Both the position numbers and the translations under genes were made by a program. 64,000 nt of DNA from a virus (taxonomy: Duplodnaviria > Caudoviricetes), in IMG/VR virus record IMGVR_UViG_3300037067_015211, positions 32,001-96,000 of that record. One strand, given 5' to 3'. The notes beneath the pieces were generated by a model, which worked only from the letters and a program-made list of their open reading frames with translations, was not told where the DNA came from and did no database searches. Shown here piece by piece: positions 42,711-52,939 of this stretch. Position 1 is the stretch's first letter. Every line of letters starts with the position of its first letter.

Positions 42711-42788
42711 TGGTAGGACGAGAAGGATTCTAACCTTCGATCCCCGGATTAAAAATCCGGTGCTTTGAAACAACTAAGCTATCGTCCT
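42711..42788 (-). tRNA. tRNA-Lys(UUU), atypical elbow
   Basis: Reverse complement AGGACGA...CCGGA-TT TTT AA-TCCGG...GAAGG-TTAGAAT-CCTTC-TCGTCCT-ACCA. Confidence 0.85.
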
Positions 42789-42909
42789 ATAAAAACGGAT
42801 AGCAAACCAACAATCTCATTTAATCGTGTCCGCAACGAGCCTTGTCCATACACCTATGGGCACTTTCAAGAGCCGAAATGTCAGCTTGCCATCAAGCGGA
42901 CTAACATCT

Positions 42910-42937
42910 AGTATATGCGTGATTTTCAGTTTGTCAA
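42910..42937 (-). promoter_or_regulatory. Promoter of tRNA cluster, TTGACA-N16-TATACT
   Basis: Immediately downstream of a terminator, upstream of tRNA-Lys. Confidence 0.8.
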
Positions 42938-42939
42938 AT

Positions 42940-42967
42940 AAAAAAGCCCGACTTTTTAAGCCGGGCT
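42940..42967 (-). terminator. Rho-independent terminator
   Basis: Reverse complement AGCCCGGCTT-aa-AAAGTCGGGCT followed by a T-tract. Confidence 0.8.
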
Positions 42968-42993
42968 AATATATTTTTTATGATTATTCTACG

Positions 42994-43473
42994 TTATTTC
43001 TTAGCCGCCCCACGCCATACTTGGTCAACATTGGTATTTACCATGCCAGCTTCTTTTTCCTCGTCTTCCTTGCCCTCTATGGCCTCTTCTGGGGCATTTT
43101 CACCACCCTTGGCCTTCCCATCGCCCACAAGGGCCATAATGCTGTCCTGTAGCTCTGTAATCTCATCTGCGGACATTTCTTCGGTCTTTTTCATAAGCTG
43201 TTCAGCAAACGGCAACCATTTATAATAGTTTTTGTTCTCATCGATATGAACATTGGCAATCTTTTCGGCTTCCTTGGGGTCATCCGTATGCTCCATTTCG
43301 ATTTCTATGCCAACTTCAAGGTCTGAGTCGGCTTCAACTTCAGGAATCTCTTCCTTTACTTCTTCGGCCTTTTCTTCTTCGCTATCTTCGGGCTTGCCAC
43401 TATCCTTGTCGCCCTGCCATTGATTCTTTTCCTGCGCGACTCTATTTCTCTTCCAGTTTTCGAATGTTTGCAT
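42994..43473 (-). CDS. DUF5661-like acidic protein with leader MQTFENWKRNRVA
   Basis: LEVGIEIEMEHTDDP..A.KIA..H..E...YY..L. Confidence 0.75.
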   Translation of the reverse strand: MQTFENWKRNRVAQEKNQWQGDKDSGKPEDSEEEKAEEVKEEIPEVEADSDLEVGIEIEMEHTDDPKEAEKIANVHIDENKNYYKWLPFAEQLMKKTEEMSADEITELQDSIMALVGDGKAKGGENAPEEAIEGKEDEEKEAGMVNTNVDQVWRGAAKK

Positions 43474-43500
43474 GATACATTTCCTTTTTAAAGTTGTTTA

Positions 43501-43944
43501 TTACTCTCCACCAAAATATCCCGGGTCTTCCACAACATCACCAATATGATCGTCCAAATATTGACGCGCACTTTCAATGAACTCTCCGACCGTAACACCA
43601 CATACTTTACAATCAGTTGTACCATCTGTGTAAGGATGTCTGCATGGAGTAAAATTGGCCTGTGCATCAGCCAATGCTTTGTTTTCCTGTTCCGCAGTCC
43701 AATCTTCATCGAAAGCTTTTTTCTCAATCTCTTTAGTAAAATCCTTCTGCACCATTGCCGGACTCCAACCAAATGTTGAAGCGGTGCCCGGGAAGTCAAG
43801 ATCAGTTTGCACCAACATATCTTGCCCTGTGTCCAAATCAGTTACAGTATATGTTCCAAAATTGCTATAGCCAAGTTCTATCTGTCCAGCCTTAGTCTTT
43901 TTAGATGCAAGTTTCTTTTGCCGCCAATTTTCGTATGTACCCAT
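43501..43944 (-). CDS. Hypothetical protein with leader MGTYENWRQKKLA
   Basis: AAGGA RBS; VQTD.DFPG.A..FGW...C.H..TDGT.DC..CG. Confidence 0.75.
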   Translation of the reverse strand: MGTYENWRQKKLASKKTKAGQIELGYSNFGTYTVTDLDTGQDMLVQTDLDFPGTASTFGWSPAMVQKDFTKEIEKKAFDEDWTAEQENKALADAQANFTPCRHPYTDGTTDCKVCGVTVGEFIESARQYLDDHIGDVVEDPGYFGGE

Positions 43945-43998
43945 TGAATAATCCTTTAAAATTAATGCTATCTCAATTATAGCAAATCATTGCACTTT

Positions 43999-44621
43999 TT
44001 ATCTTTTTTTTTCCGCATCCACACATCTAACCAATTCTTCATAATAATGTTGCATGATATCCATTCTCTCGTCCAAAACTACGTCATCCAAATCATCTAT
44101 GTCCACCATCTTACCAGACAGCATTATCTTCCCGTCCTTCTCTTCCTTTATCATCTCGTTGTAGACATATTCCACCGCAGTCTTGTAGACCTTAAATAAC
44201 CGCTCTATACCAACCGACAAAATAATTTGTTCCCGACTCATCCCCTCATGTGGATTAAAGAACTCATAGGCCAATAGGAATAGATCGTCATCTTTCAATC
44301 GGGAGATAATCTCATATTTTGTCATTTCTTAAACTTCTTAAAACACTTTTCACAAAGGAAAATGGGTATGCCAAACCCATTGACTTCACAATATGTTTCA
44401 TCAAAGCCTATTATATTATAACACTTATCGCACTGACTGGAAGCAGAATAATGGATTACGAGTGGGGTCAGAGCCTCCATGATTTTCAAATAAAATTTGT
44501 ATTGTTCGGCCACACTAGCTTTTTCCTTAGGTTCAAAATCGCACGACAACCCTGCCTTTTCCAGTGCAATGGTTAAGTTTTGTAAAACTAGATTAAAGTC
44601 CTCGTCTTTTAGTTTTTCCAC
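43999..44621 (-). CDS. Hypothetical proteins (43999-44325, 44322-44621)
   Basis: Overlapping ORFs. Confidence 0.6.
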
Positions 44622-47600
44622 TATCCCCGCCCCTTTATGCTAAGTTTTATTTCATTTCCGGAAGAACTAAGTTTAATATTTCTGTTGGGCATAACATTCC
44701 AAATCTTTACAATTTGTGCATCTTCAAATAAATGCTCTCCAATATCATCTCCAGAACCAGCCTTTAATCCTTCTATTAAAGCAATTTGTTTTCCAAAATA
44801 ATTGCTTTTCATAAACGTTGCCATATCAGAAGCGACTGTTTTATTATTTCTAATGCCTGTAGCAGACGTTGCTCCAATTTCTTCCCCCGTACATTCACCA
44901 TCATCCCAATGATAAGATGATGGTAAAACATCGCCAATTTTGTTTGTTGTACTTGATGGCAACATTCTAAGCCCATATTGAAGGTTTGGATTTTGGGAAA
45001 CAATGGCAGATGTTTCACTTATTATTTGATTTTTCAAATCTTCTGAAATGTGGCTTGAACCAATTTGTGCTAACCTAACAGTCTTTTTGGCATCCGTGGA
45101 ATAATCTGCGTCTGAATATCCATCACCATCATATTTGTTCTCTTGAGTAACCGGCAAGCCCTTAATATCGAAATCCGTGTAGCCTGTGCCCATACTGACC
45201 ATCTTAGTCTTATATATCTCTTTCAAATCTTTTGCAAACGCTTTCCAAGCCTGTTCTATTTCGGCCTTTTGTTTCTTCATAGCATCCATAGATGTGGTGC
45301 CCATTATTTTCATATCGGGAACATTATAATGATCTTGATACAGCTTTAACCAAGCGTTTAGCAATTGATTGTTGCCGACAATGGCGGTCGATTTTACAAA
45401 CATATCGTGGAACTCGATTGAGTCAAATAACAAATATCTGTCTTCGGCCTTAGATAAAGAGATTGTTCCACCTTCATTTTTAATGGAATACCAGCCAAAC
45501 AATTTGTTCTTACCAGCCGTTTCATTCTCAAAATAATATTCCTTGTCTGGATCTAAGTTGAGCAATGATTTGTATATTTTCATTCTATTCGTAACCGGCA
45601 CTACTACTGGGCTTTCTTGTATGTGGTAGTAAAGTATACCCTGCGATACGGGAATATCGTCTATCTCCCTATACAGGACAGAAAATGCATGATCTGGTCT
45701 TAGATATCCCCTTTCCATAGCCGCTTGTCCAGCCCCGCCAAATTTTTGGCAACAACCGGTTAAGAGTCGTTCTCCTAATACCATGCCAAGAGGATCATCC
45801 TTGCGCAGTATCTCTATACGATATTTGTTGCCATTAACCTCGTATACCTTTTGTAAGGGCTTAATAATGGCCGCTTCTAAATCTGCGAATCCTTCTTGTC
45901 TGGATAATCTATCCACATAATCGTCTATTCTATCAGCATCTTTACCTTCAGAATATTTGTACATCATGTTCTTAAACTTGGACAAATTATTATTTGATGG
46001 CACAAACTCTACACCTTCTTGTATTTTTAATAATTCGGGTATGGTAGGTGTTTCCACTTTCTTTAACTCTTCGTCTATTTTTCTCTTTAATTCCTTGTAG
46101 TCGTGGATAACTATTGTGCCGTCTGCCATTTGCTTGCGAATATCGGCATCGATTTGTTGGCGTTTTTGTGAATAAAATATGGGTAGTTTAGAAGCCGCTA
46201 CAATCAAATCGGGGAAGTTGGAGTAATCGGCCCTGCGTATTACGTAGGACAACACCAGACTGCCAAATTGTTTGTCCCTAGTGGCTTTTTGGAATTGGTC
46301 ATTTTGTAGGTTGACTACGATATCGTGTAGGCTCGTCCCCCGGTTTAGTTGAGCATTATACAGAATCTTTATCTTCTTCTCACCCCCCGTATTTTTGCCC
46401 CCCATAAGGTCTGCCAAGACGCCCATTGCGTCTTGTTGTTTATTGCCGACAATAAACTCTTTTGTCTCTTCCAGTTCTTTTTGGAATAGCTGGTTCTTGG
46501 TAGACTCTTTATTTAGGTTGTTTTCCGGCGCGGCCATATTATTGCTCTTTAGGATTTTTGCCACGCTGTTGTATAGGTTGTTTTTGTGTTGCCAAGATTT
46601 TCTGTCATCTGATAGTGGTAAATAGTTTATCGCCCCATTGAGGACTAATGGTTCTTCCTCTATGGATGGTTTATATTTAAAAATTTGTTCCGGATTAGTA
46701 AGAATTGCTGCGCTTGCGGCCTCAATCATGTTCTTTTTTACATCTTCATCTTTAAACTTTTTTGTTCTTGTCAAGAAATAATTTGCATTTCCTATATGTG
46801 AATAGTAAATGGATAAAACTTTTTGGGTGTCGAAAGTCATGGTAAACTTGCCAACCGGGAGAGTAAAGTTACTTTCTAGTTTGGCATCAGTGGCTTCTTT
46901 GAAATAATTGTTCATAAAAAAATTTTCCGAAAATGCTTTGTATCCATCGTCGTCAATTATTTTTTGTAGTTGGTCTTGAGTAAGCAACTCACTATATACT
47001 GCGGTAGATAAATTAATGTCACGCCTAATTAGCCCATGAAGCGTTAATACAAATTTATCGCCAATATTATATTTTTGTGCAATCTTATAGAGTCTGTAAA
47101 AATCAACGCCATCTAATTCCTTATAATAACTGTTAATGGTAGAAAATATTGCATCAATATCTATAGAGCCTTTAACGGCAACTTCAATGATCTTGTAAAA
47201 GAAATCCAAGCTTGTCATTTGATTGGTTACAAACTCATTTATTACTATACTAAAAAAATCTGGGTCGTAACTGGAAACATAATTTAATAAATTGTCGTCA
47301 ATTATTTTTAGCACTTGTTTGTGATAATCATCACCAAATTCATGTATTTGCGTTTCCGTATTTTTTAGCTGTATTAATAGACTAACAACATTCTTAAAAT
47401 ATACACCCTTTTTCGCCAAAGTCTCTAAAATCTTTTGCTTTAGTAGTGGTACATTAACCTTAACATCATCTTCGTACAATAAAAGTAATATTTTTGTTAG
47501 TCCGCGTATAGAAAGATATCGTGATGTTTCAAGCATTTCATTAATATTGCTCTCCGCGTCCTCCGTTCTTGCCATAGTCTCAACAGATTGCCCATCTGTA

Positions 47601-48913
47601 TAATATTCCGCCCAGCCCGTTTTCTTCAGTAGTTGCCAAATTTTGTTTGCCGTCTCTCGTGGGAATTTCGACAAATCCATTTGCGGTACAATATGAGATG
47701 CAAAATATTCCAGAGATTCCTCTTGCCCGGGCTTTTCCAACAATTCCAATATTCTAGGCATCACCTCTATAACACCTATGTCAATGGCAATGTAGTCTTC
47801 CCACTTTTTAAGTACATCAGGAAGAATGGGCAATATTTCTTCGTCTGGCAGTTCAAACAAGAAGCCAGCATACCTCATGGATAAAATATTTTTATCGTCA
47901 GTGGTCAATAGATATTTAATAATCTGCGAGTAATCTCCGCCATTTTCCTTTATCTCGTTAAATAGGGATAATAAATACCGATATGCATATGCGGTTGCTT
48001 CTAAATTAATTGTTGATATATCGTCTGTTGTAATAGGTGTTTGAGAAAAGTGTTTTACCAATGCTTTAAAAACAGTTTTGTTGGGGTCAAATTTTGACTC
48101 CCCGGGGGCAAAAAATAAACTCAACAAAACACGAACCCCCTTTTCTTGCAAAATTTTTACCCATAGATCGGCATATCTATCATCATCATCAGCGTCTATT
48201 ATATTCTGAAACATTCTACTAATGGCAGAAGTACGCCCAAAAGTAATAATAATATCCGTCCCCGCATAGAATTTCCAAAGATTATTAATCAAATCAAATG
48301 CATTGTTCACATACTTTTGATACACAAAAAGTAACTTCAAGAAAAACAAATAATTAGCTTCTGATAATATTTTTTTCATTTCTTGTTGCGCTTCTGTAAC
48401 AACCTCGGCGGGGTTGCCGATAATGCTTAAAACTTGTGGCTCGTTCAATTTTTCCGCGCTATTCACCTGCACCAGAATATAATGTGCCAACTCCTTTTTA
48501 GACTGAGGGGAAATCTGAATTTGATGCTGATCTATTGCCTTGGCAAGAGCAAGCAAATTTGTTGGAACATGTCTATTATATTCCATAAACCTAATACAAT
48601 ATTCAACAAACTGCCCTTGATATTCTTGTGGGATTTGGGTAATTCTAGCCGCCATAAGCATAGTATCAAAAAACCAATCTGCATCTCTATCAACAAACTT
48701 TTCTTTTAAAATCTCTGCACAATGTTCATCAAAATATTTTTTAATCGCCTTTTTATATTCTGGATCCGTGTTCCCACCCCCAAATGATGGATACATTTTT
48801 GTTGCATATTCAGCAATCATTTTTTGCGCCTCTGGCGTATTGATAAGACTCGCACCTTCTTCTTGCGCATGCCTACTAAGCTGAATCTCTCTATTGTTGT
48901 TGCTAAGTTCCAT
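44621..48913 (-). CDS. 1430-aa protein: helical N-terminus, conserved Cys-motif domain, C-terminal ART-like module
   Basis: Paralog of 48926-52939 (LADLMGGKNTGG...LRKDDPLG.VLGERLLT.CCQK.GGAGQ.AMERGYL...LLFDSIEFHDMFVK...TVRLA), with an extra ~150-aa tail. Confidence 0.8.
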   Translation of the reverse strand: MELSNNNREIQLSRHAQEEGASLINTPEAQKMIAEYATKMYPSFGGGNTDPEYKKAIKKYFDEHCAEILKEKFVDRDADWFFDTMLMAARITQIPQEYQGQFVEYCIRFMEYNRHVPTNLLALAKAIDQHQIQISPQSKKELAHYILVQVNSAEKLNEPQVLSIIGNPAEVVTEAQQEMKKILSEANYLFFLKLLFVYQKYVNNAFDLINNLWKFYAGTDIIITFGRTSAISRMFQNIIDADDDDRYADLWVKILQEKGVRVLLSLFFAPGESKFDPNKTVFKALVKHFSQTPITTDDISTINLEATAYAYRYLLSLFNEIKENGGDYSQIIKYLLTTDDKNILSMRYAGFLFELPDEEILPILPDVLKKWEDYIAIDIGVIEVMPRILELLEKPGQEESLEYFASHIVPQMDLSKFPRETANKIWQLLKKTGWAEYYTDGQSVETMARTEDAESNINEMLETSRYLSIRGLTKILLLLYEDDVKVNVPLLKQKILETLAKKGVYFKNVVSLLIQLKNTETQIHEFGDDYHKQVLKIIDDNLLNYVSSYDPDFFSIVINEFVTNQMTSLDFFYKIIEVAVKGSIDIDAIFSTINSYYKELDGVDFYRLYKIAQKYNIGDKFVLTLHGLIRRDINLSTAVYSELLTQDQLQKIIDDDGYKAFSENFFMNNYFKEATDAKLESNFTLPVGKFTMTFDTQKVLSIYYSHIGNANYFLTRTKKFKDEDVKKNMIEAASAAILTNPEQIFKYKPSIEEEPLVLNGAINYLPLSDDRKSWQHKNNLYNSVAKILKSNNMAAPENNLNKESTKNQLFQKELEETKEFIVGNKQQDAMGVLADLMGGKNTGGEKKIKILYNAQLNRGTSLHDIVVNLQNDQFQKATRDKQFGSLVLSYVIRRADYSNFPDLIVAASKLPIFYSQKRQQIDADIRKQMADGTIVIHDYKELKRKIDEELKKVETPTIPELLKIQEGVEFVPSNNNLSKFKNMMYKYSEGKDADRIDDYVDRLSRQEGFADLEAAIIKPLQKVYEVNGNKYRIEILRKDDPLGMVLGERLLTGCCQKFGGAGQAAMERGYLRPDHAFSVLYREIDDIPVSQGILYYHIQESPVVVPVTNRMKIYKSLLNLDPDKEYYFENETAGKNKLFGWYSIKNEGGTISLSKAEDRYLLFDSIEFHDMFVKSTAIVGNNQLLNAWLKLYQDHYNVPDMKIMGTTSMDAMKKQKAEIEQAWKAFAKDLKEIYKTKMVSMGTGYTDFDIKGLPVTQENKYDGDGYSDADYSTDAKKTVRLAQIGSSHISEDLKNQIISETSAIVSQNPNLQYGLRMLPSSTTNKIGDVLPSSYHWDDGECTGEEIGATSATGIRNNKTVASDMATFMKSNYFGKQIALIEGLKAGSGDDIGEHLFEDAQIVKIWNVMPNRNIKLSSSGNEIKLSIKGRG

Positions 48914-48925
48914 ATAAGCTTCCCT

Positions 48926-51900
48926 TTAGTTTTTACTCAGCTCTATTTTTTTCTTCTTTTTCTTCTCGCCAATGAAAAATTTTTGCACTTCAGGAGCGGC
49001 CACTTCTTTGGCAATACTAAGAACTATATCTTTCTTGGCCAACCTCACCGTATGTTTAGAGTCCAAACTATAATCGGCATCTGAATACTGATATTTGCCA
49101 GTCGTGTTTACATACCTATTCTCCGGCGTTTCAGGCAACCCGTCAATGTTAAAATCAGTATATCCAGTGCCCATGCTGACCATACGACACTTATACATAT
49201 CACGCAAATCTTTTGCAAATAATTTCCATGCCGTCTCAATCTGCTCTTTTGTCTTGTCCAGAGAAATATCCTGCCACTTTAAATCGCCCGTATTTATTGT
49301 CTTACCCGATTTATAGTACAAATAGTTTGCCGCCAAACTTTGGCCTTCTTGTACATCATCTTCATCATCGTCGTCTTTGACGAACATATCGTGGAATTCA
49401 ATGGAATCGAATAGTAAATAGTTGTCTGCCGGTTTAACCAACAAAATAGCCTTTTTGTCTTCATTCCACATTAAACCGTACCAGCCTATAACACTCTCGC
49501 CGTCTATATTTTCGTCAAAGTAGTATTCTTTTGTGCTAAATGCCCTGTAGGGAGATATTTCCAGCTTAGACAATTCTTGATATTTTTCAGTATCCTTGTC
49601 AACTATAACCAATTTGTTAGTCGGGTTCTCTGTGTGATAATAAAGTATCCCCTGTGATACTGGTATTTCGTCGCCCTCTCTATAGAGTACGGAGAATGCA
49701 TGGTTGGGGCTTAGATAACCACGCTCCATAGCAGTCTGCCCCGCACCACCTAGCTTTTGGCAACACGATGTCAATAGCCTTTCGCCCAATACCAACCCAA
49801 GCGGATCGTCCTTGCGTAAAATTTCAAGCCTATATTTGTGGCCATCTACAGTGTACACCTTTTGCAAGGGTTTAATACTCGCCATCTCTACATCGCCAAA
49901 AGCAGTGTCCCGAGAAAGCCTTTCCACAAACTCGTCAATAGATTCCTTGGAACTTTCAGAGTATTTATACATCGTATTTTTGTGTATCGATAATGGCGTA
50001 TCGGCTGTATCTACGGCAACATTTGTGTCCACCTTCAGTAGTTCCACCACTGACGGCAATTTAACCTTTTTCATTTCCTCGTCTACTAGCTTTTTTAGCT
50101 CCTTGGGGCCACTGATTTGTATTAGGGCATCTTTGTCCTGTTGCTTCAAATCCGCTTCAATAGAAGCCCGTTTCTGGCCCATATAGACAGGAATCTTAGC
50201 CGCCGCGCTAACTAGATCGGCAAATATTTGATAATCCGCCCGTCTAACCAAATAAGACAACACCAGATTGCCAAATTGTTTGTCCTTTGTAGCGTTTTGA
50301 AAGTTTTCACCCTGTAATGCTACGGCTATATCGTGCAAGCTTGTGTTTCGCTTTAACTGGGCATTGTAGACAATTTTTATTTTCTTCAACCCACCCGTAT
50401 TTTTGCCGCCCATAAGATCCGCCAGTGCATCTATTGGGTTTTCGCCGACGATATCCTTAATCGAATTCGCCTCATCGTTAAATAGTTTGTTCTTTACATC
50501 TTCGGAATAGAGATTAGACTCTGGTTTAGGCACATTTAAATTATTGATTTTAGTCGCCAAATTTATTGTATCGACGACCTTAGATTTTTCAAACCATGCC
50601 TCTCTGTCGTCATATTCATTGAAGTTTACAGAGTAGTTTGCAAGATTCGCCAATAATTTTTCCCTTTCTGGCTCATCCAAATTCCAACTATCAAGTACAT
50701 ATATAGGATCATGATTTCTAATGCCTGCTTTTAATATGAGATTTTTTTCCTCGAAAGAAAGCGTGGCAACCCCAGATGATTTTCGATAATAATTACCCCA
50801 TAAAGGTGAATGAAAGAAATTCTTGTCAAACAGCGCAGATTTTAATAGATTAGTTTTGTTTATATTTATGGAAAATTCACCATCTTTACTTCTTATTTCA
50901 TTGCCATTGCCTTCTGGGCCAGTCAATATAACATATGCAAACTTTTTGTCGAAAGAATATTTATCGTATTGTTCCTGAAGAAGATCATTATTCAAATCTT
51001 TGTATACCGGTTGTCTGCCGCATCTTAGCGCAGAATTAATAATCGTGGCTATAATGCCTTTTTCATATTTTTCATATATGTCAAATATTCTTGACCAATC
51101 TAGTTTGATAATGGGTTCTTCTTTATGCGTTGTTAATTTAATAAAATATATCGTACCATAACTTTGTCCTGCGTAATCGTCTAATAGTTTGTAAAACTGA
51201 TCTTCGGTCGGGACAAAATTATTGGCTTGCAAAAAATCGATAAAATCATTCATGTTACTATTTGGCGATACGGATATATTGTCAATTATAGTTAAAATCA
51301 TTTTTTTGTTAAATTCGGCACCATAAATACCTTTAAATTGTGACGACATACTTATTTTATCTTCGGCATCGTCTCTTGACAAATATGTTATCACCGCATC
51401 CTTCAAATCAATGTTACTTTCTCCCGCCCTTATTTTATTGAACATTAGCGCAAGAAAATTCGACAAACTATCTGTATTTATCCTATTGATGTTTTCCAAG
51501 ACGGGAGAATACATATCTTTTTCATTCTCTTTTGATACGCCCATAACAAGGGCAACATTTCTTCTGGTAATTAAAGTGGCATATGCGCTCAAATCATTGT
51601 CTTTACAATATTGCATGAATGATTTTGTTGTATTTTCATCAGAAAAAATATCGCGAGACTTTAATGTTTCTCTAATTACTTTGTAAAAATAATTTTCTTT
51701 TTCTGCTATCTGGGCAGACTCTAATATCTTTTTATATTCCTCGTCCGTAAGCATAATGTTTGTATGGCGCATTATCTGATCTAATATAGCATTAATGTAA
51801 TCAGACAACTCGCTGGTAGAAAATTTATCTATTGCATAGTAAAAAGAATACAGGATACTACTCCACAATGCTTTTACTAACGTCAAATCAAGCTTTAATG

Positions 51901-52939
51901 CATCCAAAATCTTTTGTATCTTATCTTTGTCAGAAGAAAACCTTTCCAACATATCCTTTACTACCAATATATCCGGAGTGAAATTTAGTTTAGCCAACTC
52001 TTCTAACAAGGCGTTAAAAAATAGAGTAGAAAATTTTTCATTCTCTATCGAGACAAAAGTATGAAACAATGCTAAATTTATAACCCCGTCTTTCGTTAAA
52101 AAATTACTCTTAAAAAATGTAATGTAATCAAGATTATCATAAGTTACAATAAATCTATATCCGGCCATTTGAGTACATCTATTTAAAGCAAACAATATTT
52201 TTTCCGGATGCATCACCTTATTGGCAATAGCAAAGTTTAAGAGCAAAGTATTTGTTTCCACACCCCCTAACGACTCTTTATATTTTACCAACAAATCATC
52301 TAACACTCTATCGTTGGTGTATTCTTCTCCAAGAACTTCTCTGTCTTTAGATAAATCCCATGCTTCACTATATGTAGAAATGTCTGTTAAATTGTTGAAC
52401 AACAACTCTTTTGCCTTTGTGTATTGCGCGTCAGAAAATATAGTCCTATACTCTTTCATAAGAAATTTGACTCTATTCAAATCACTGGGCAAAAACTGCC
52501 CGCTATAATGAAACAATATATTTATTACAAACATTGGAATGTGCTGTTTTGGTATAAGAAACGATCTTTCACTACGTAACATTACATCAAAAAACCATCC
52601 CTTATTATCTTCATTAACATAAAATTCCATAATGGACAAAAAATTAGAGCTAAATTTTTCACTAATTTTATCTGCTATGTATTTCGGAGTGCCAGTGACA
52701 ATACATCTGGGATAATTGTATGCGGCCACTGTAGTCAAATAATCTATTTCATTGACTGGCAATTGTGACAATAAGTTTGGCTCCCCAAAAACTATTTGGG
52801 TAAAATAACTTGTTTCTAGCGCATTGATGTTGTCAAATAATTCATCATTAGGATGTTCCTCACGAAGTATTCGCGCTAGTGTAGGAATTTTACTCTCATC
52901 CGTATTCAACACTGCTTGTCGTTTATTGCTTAGTTTCAT
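48926..52939 (-). CDS. ~1337-aa protein, paralog of 44621-48913
   Basis: Shared C-terminal ~450 aa; divergent helical N-terminus. Confidence 0.8.
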   Translation of the reverse strand: MKLSNKRQAVLNTDESKIPTLARILREEHPNDELFDNINALETSYFTQIVFGEPNLLSQLPVNEIDYLTTVAAYNYPRCIVTGTPKYIADKISEKFSSNFLSIMEFYVNEDNKGWFFDVMLRSERSFLIPKQHIPMFVINILFHYSGQFLPSDLNRVKFLMKEYRTIFSDAQYTKAKELLFNNLTDISTYSEAWDLSKDREVLGEEYTNDRVLDDLLVKYKESLGGVETNTLLLNFAIANKVMHPEKILFALNRCTQMAGYRFIVTYDNLDYITFFKSNFLTKDGVINLALFHTFVSIENEKFSTLFFNALLEELAKLNFTPDILVVKDMLERFSSDKDKIQKILDALKLDLTLVKALWSSILYSFYYAIDKFSTSELSDYINAILDQIMRHTNIMLTDEEYKKILESAQIAEKENYFYKVIRETLKSRDIFSDENTTKSFMQYCKDNDLSAYATLITRRNVALVMGVSKENEKDMYSPVLENINRINTDSLSNFLALMFNKIRAGESNIDLKDAVITYLSRDDAEDKISMSSQFKGIYGAEFNKKMILTIIDNISVSPNSNMNDFIDFLQANNFVPTEDQFYKLLDDYAGQSYGTIYFIKLTTHKEEPIIKLDWSRIFDIYEKYEKGIIATIINSALRCGRQPVYKDLNNDLLQEQYDKYSFDKKFAYVILTGPEGNGNEIRSKDGEFSININKTNLLKSALFDKNFFHSPLWGNYYRKSSGVATLSFEEKNLILKAGIRNHDPIYVLDSWNLDEPEREKLLANLANYSVNFNEYDDREAWFEKSKVVDTINLATKINNLNVPKPESNLYSEDVKNKLFNDEANSIKDIVGENPIDALADLMGGKNTGGLKKIKIVYNAQLKRNTSLHDIAVALQGENFQNATKDKQFGNLVLSYLVRRADYQIFADLVSAAAKIPVYMGQKRASIEADLKQQDKDALIQISGPKELKKLVDEEMKKVKLPSVVELLKVDTNVAVDTADTPLSIHKNTMYKYSESSKESIDEFVERLSRDTAFGDVEMASIKPLQKVYTVDGHKYRLEILRKDDPLGLVLGERLLTSCCQKLGGAGQTAMERGYLSPNHAFSVLYREGDEIPVSQGILYYHTENPTNKLVIVDKDTEKYQELSKLEISPYRAFSTKEYYFDENIDGESVIGWYGLMWNEDKKAILLVKPADNYLLFDSIEFHDMFVKDDDDEDDVQEGQSLAANYLYYKSGKTINTGDLKWQDISLDKTKEQIETAWKLFAKDLRDMYKCRMVSMGTGYTDFNIDGLPETPENRYVNTTGKYQYSDADYSLDSKHTVRLAKKDIVLSIAKEVAAPEVQKFFIGEKKKKKKIELSKN

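Noticed and set aside
41828-42768. + strand ORFs 41828-42148, 41950-42132 and 42529-42768
   Set aside because: They are antisense shadows of tRNA genes.
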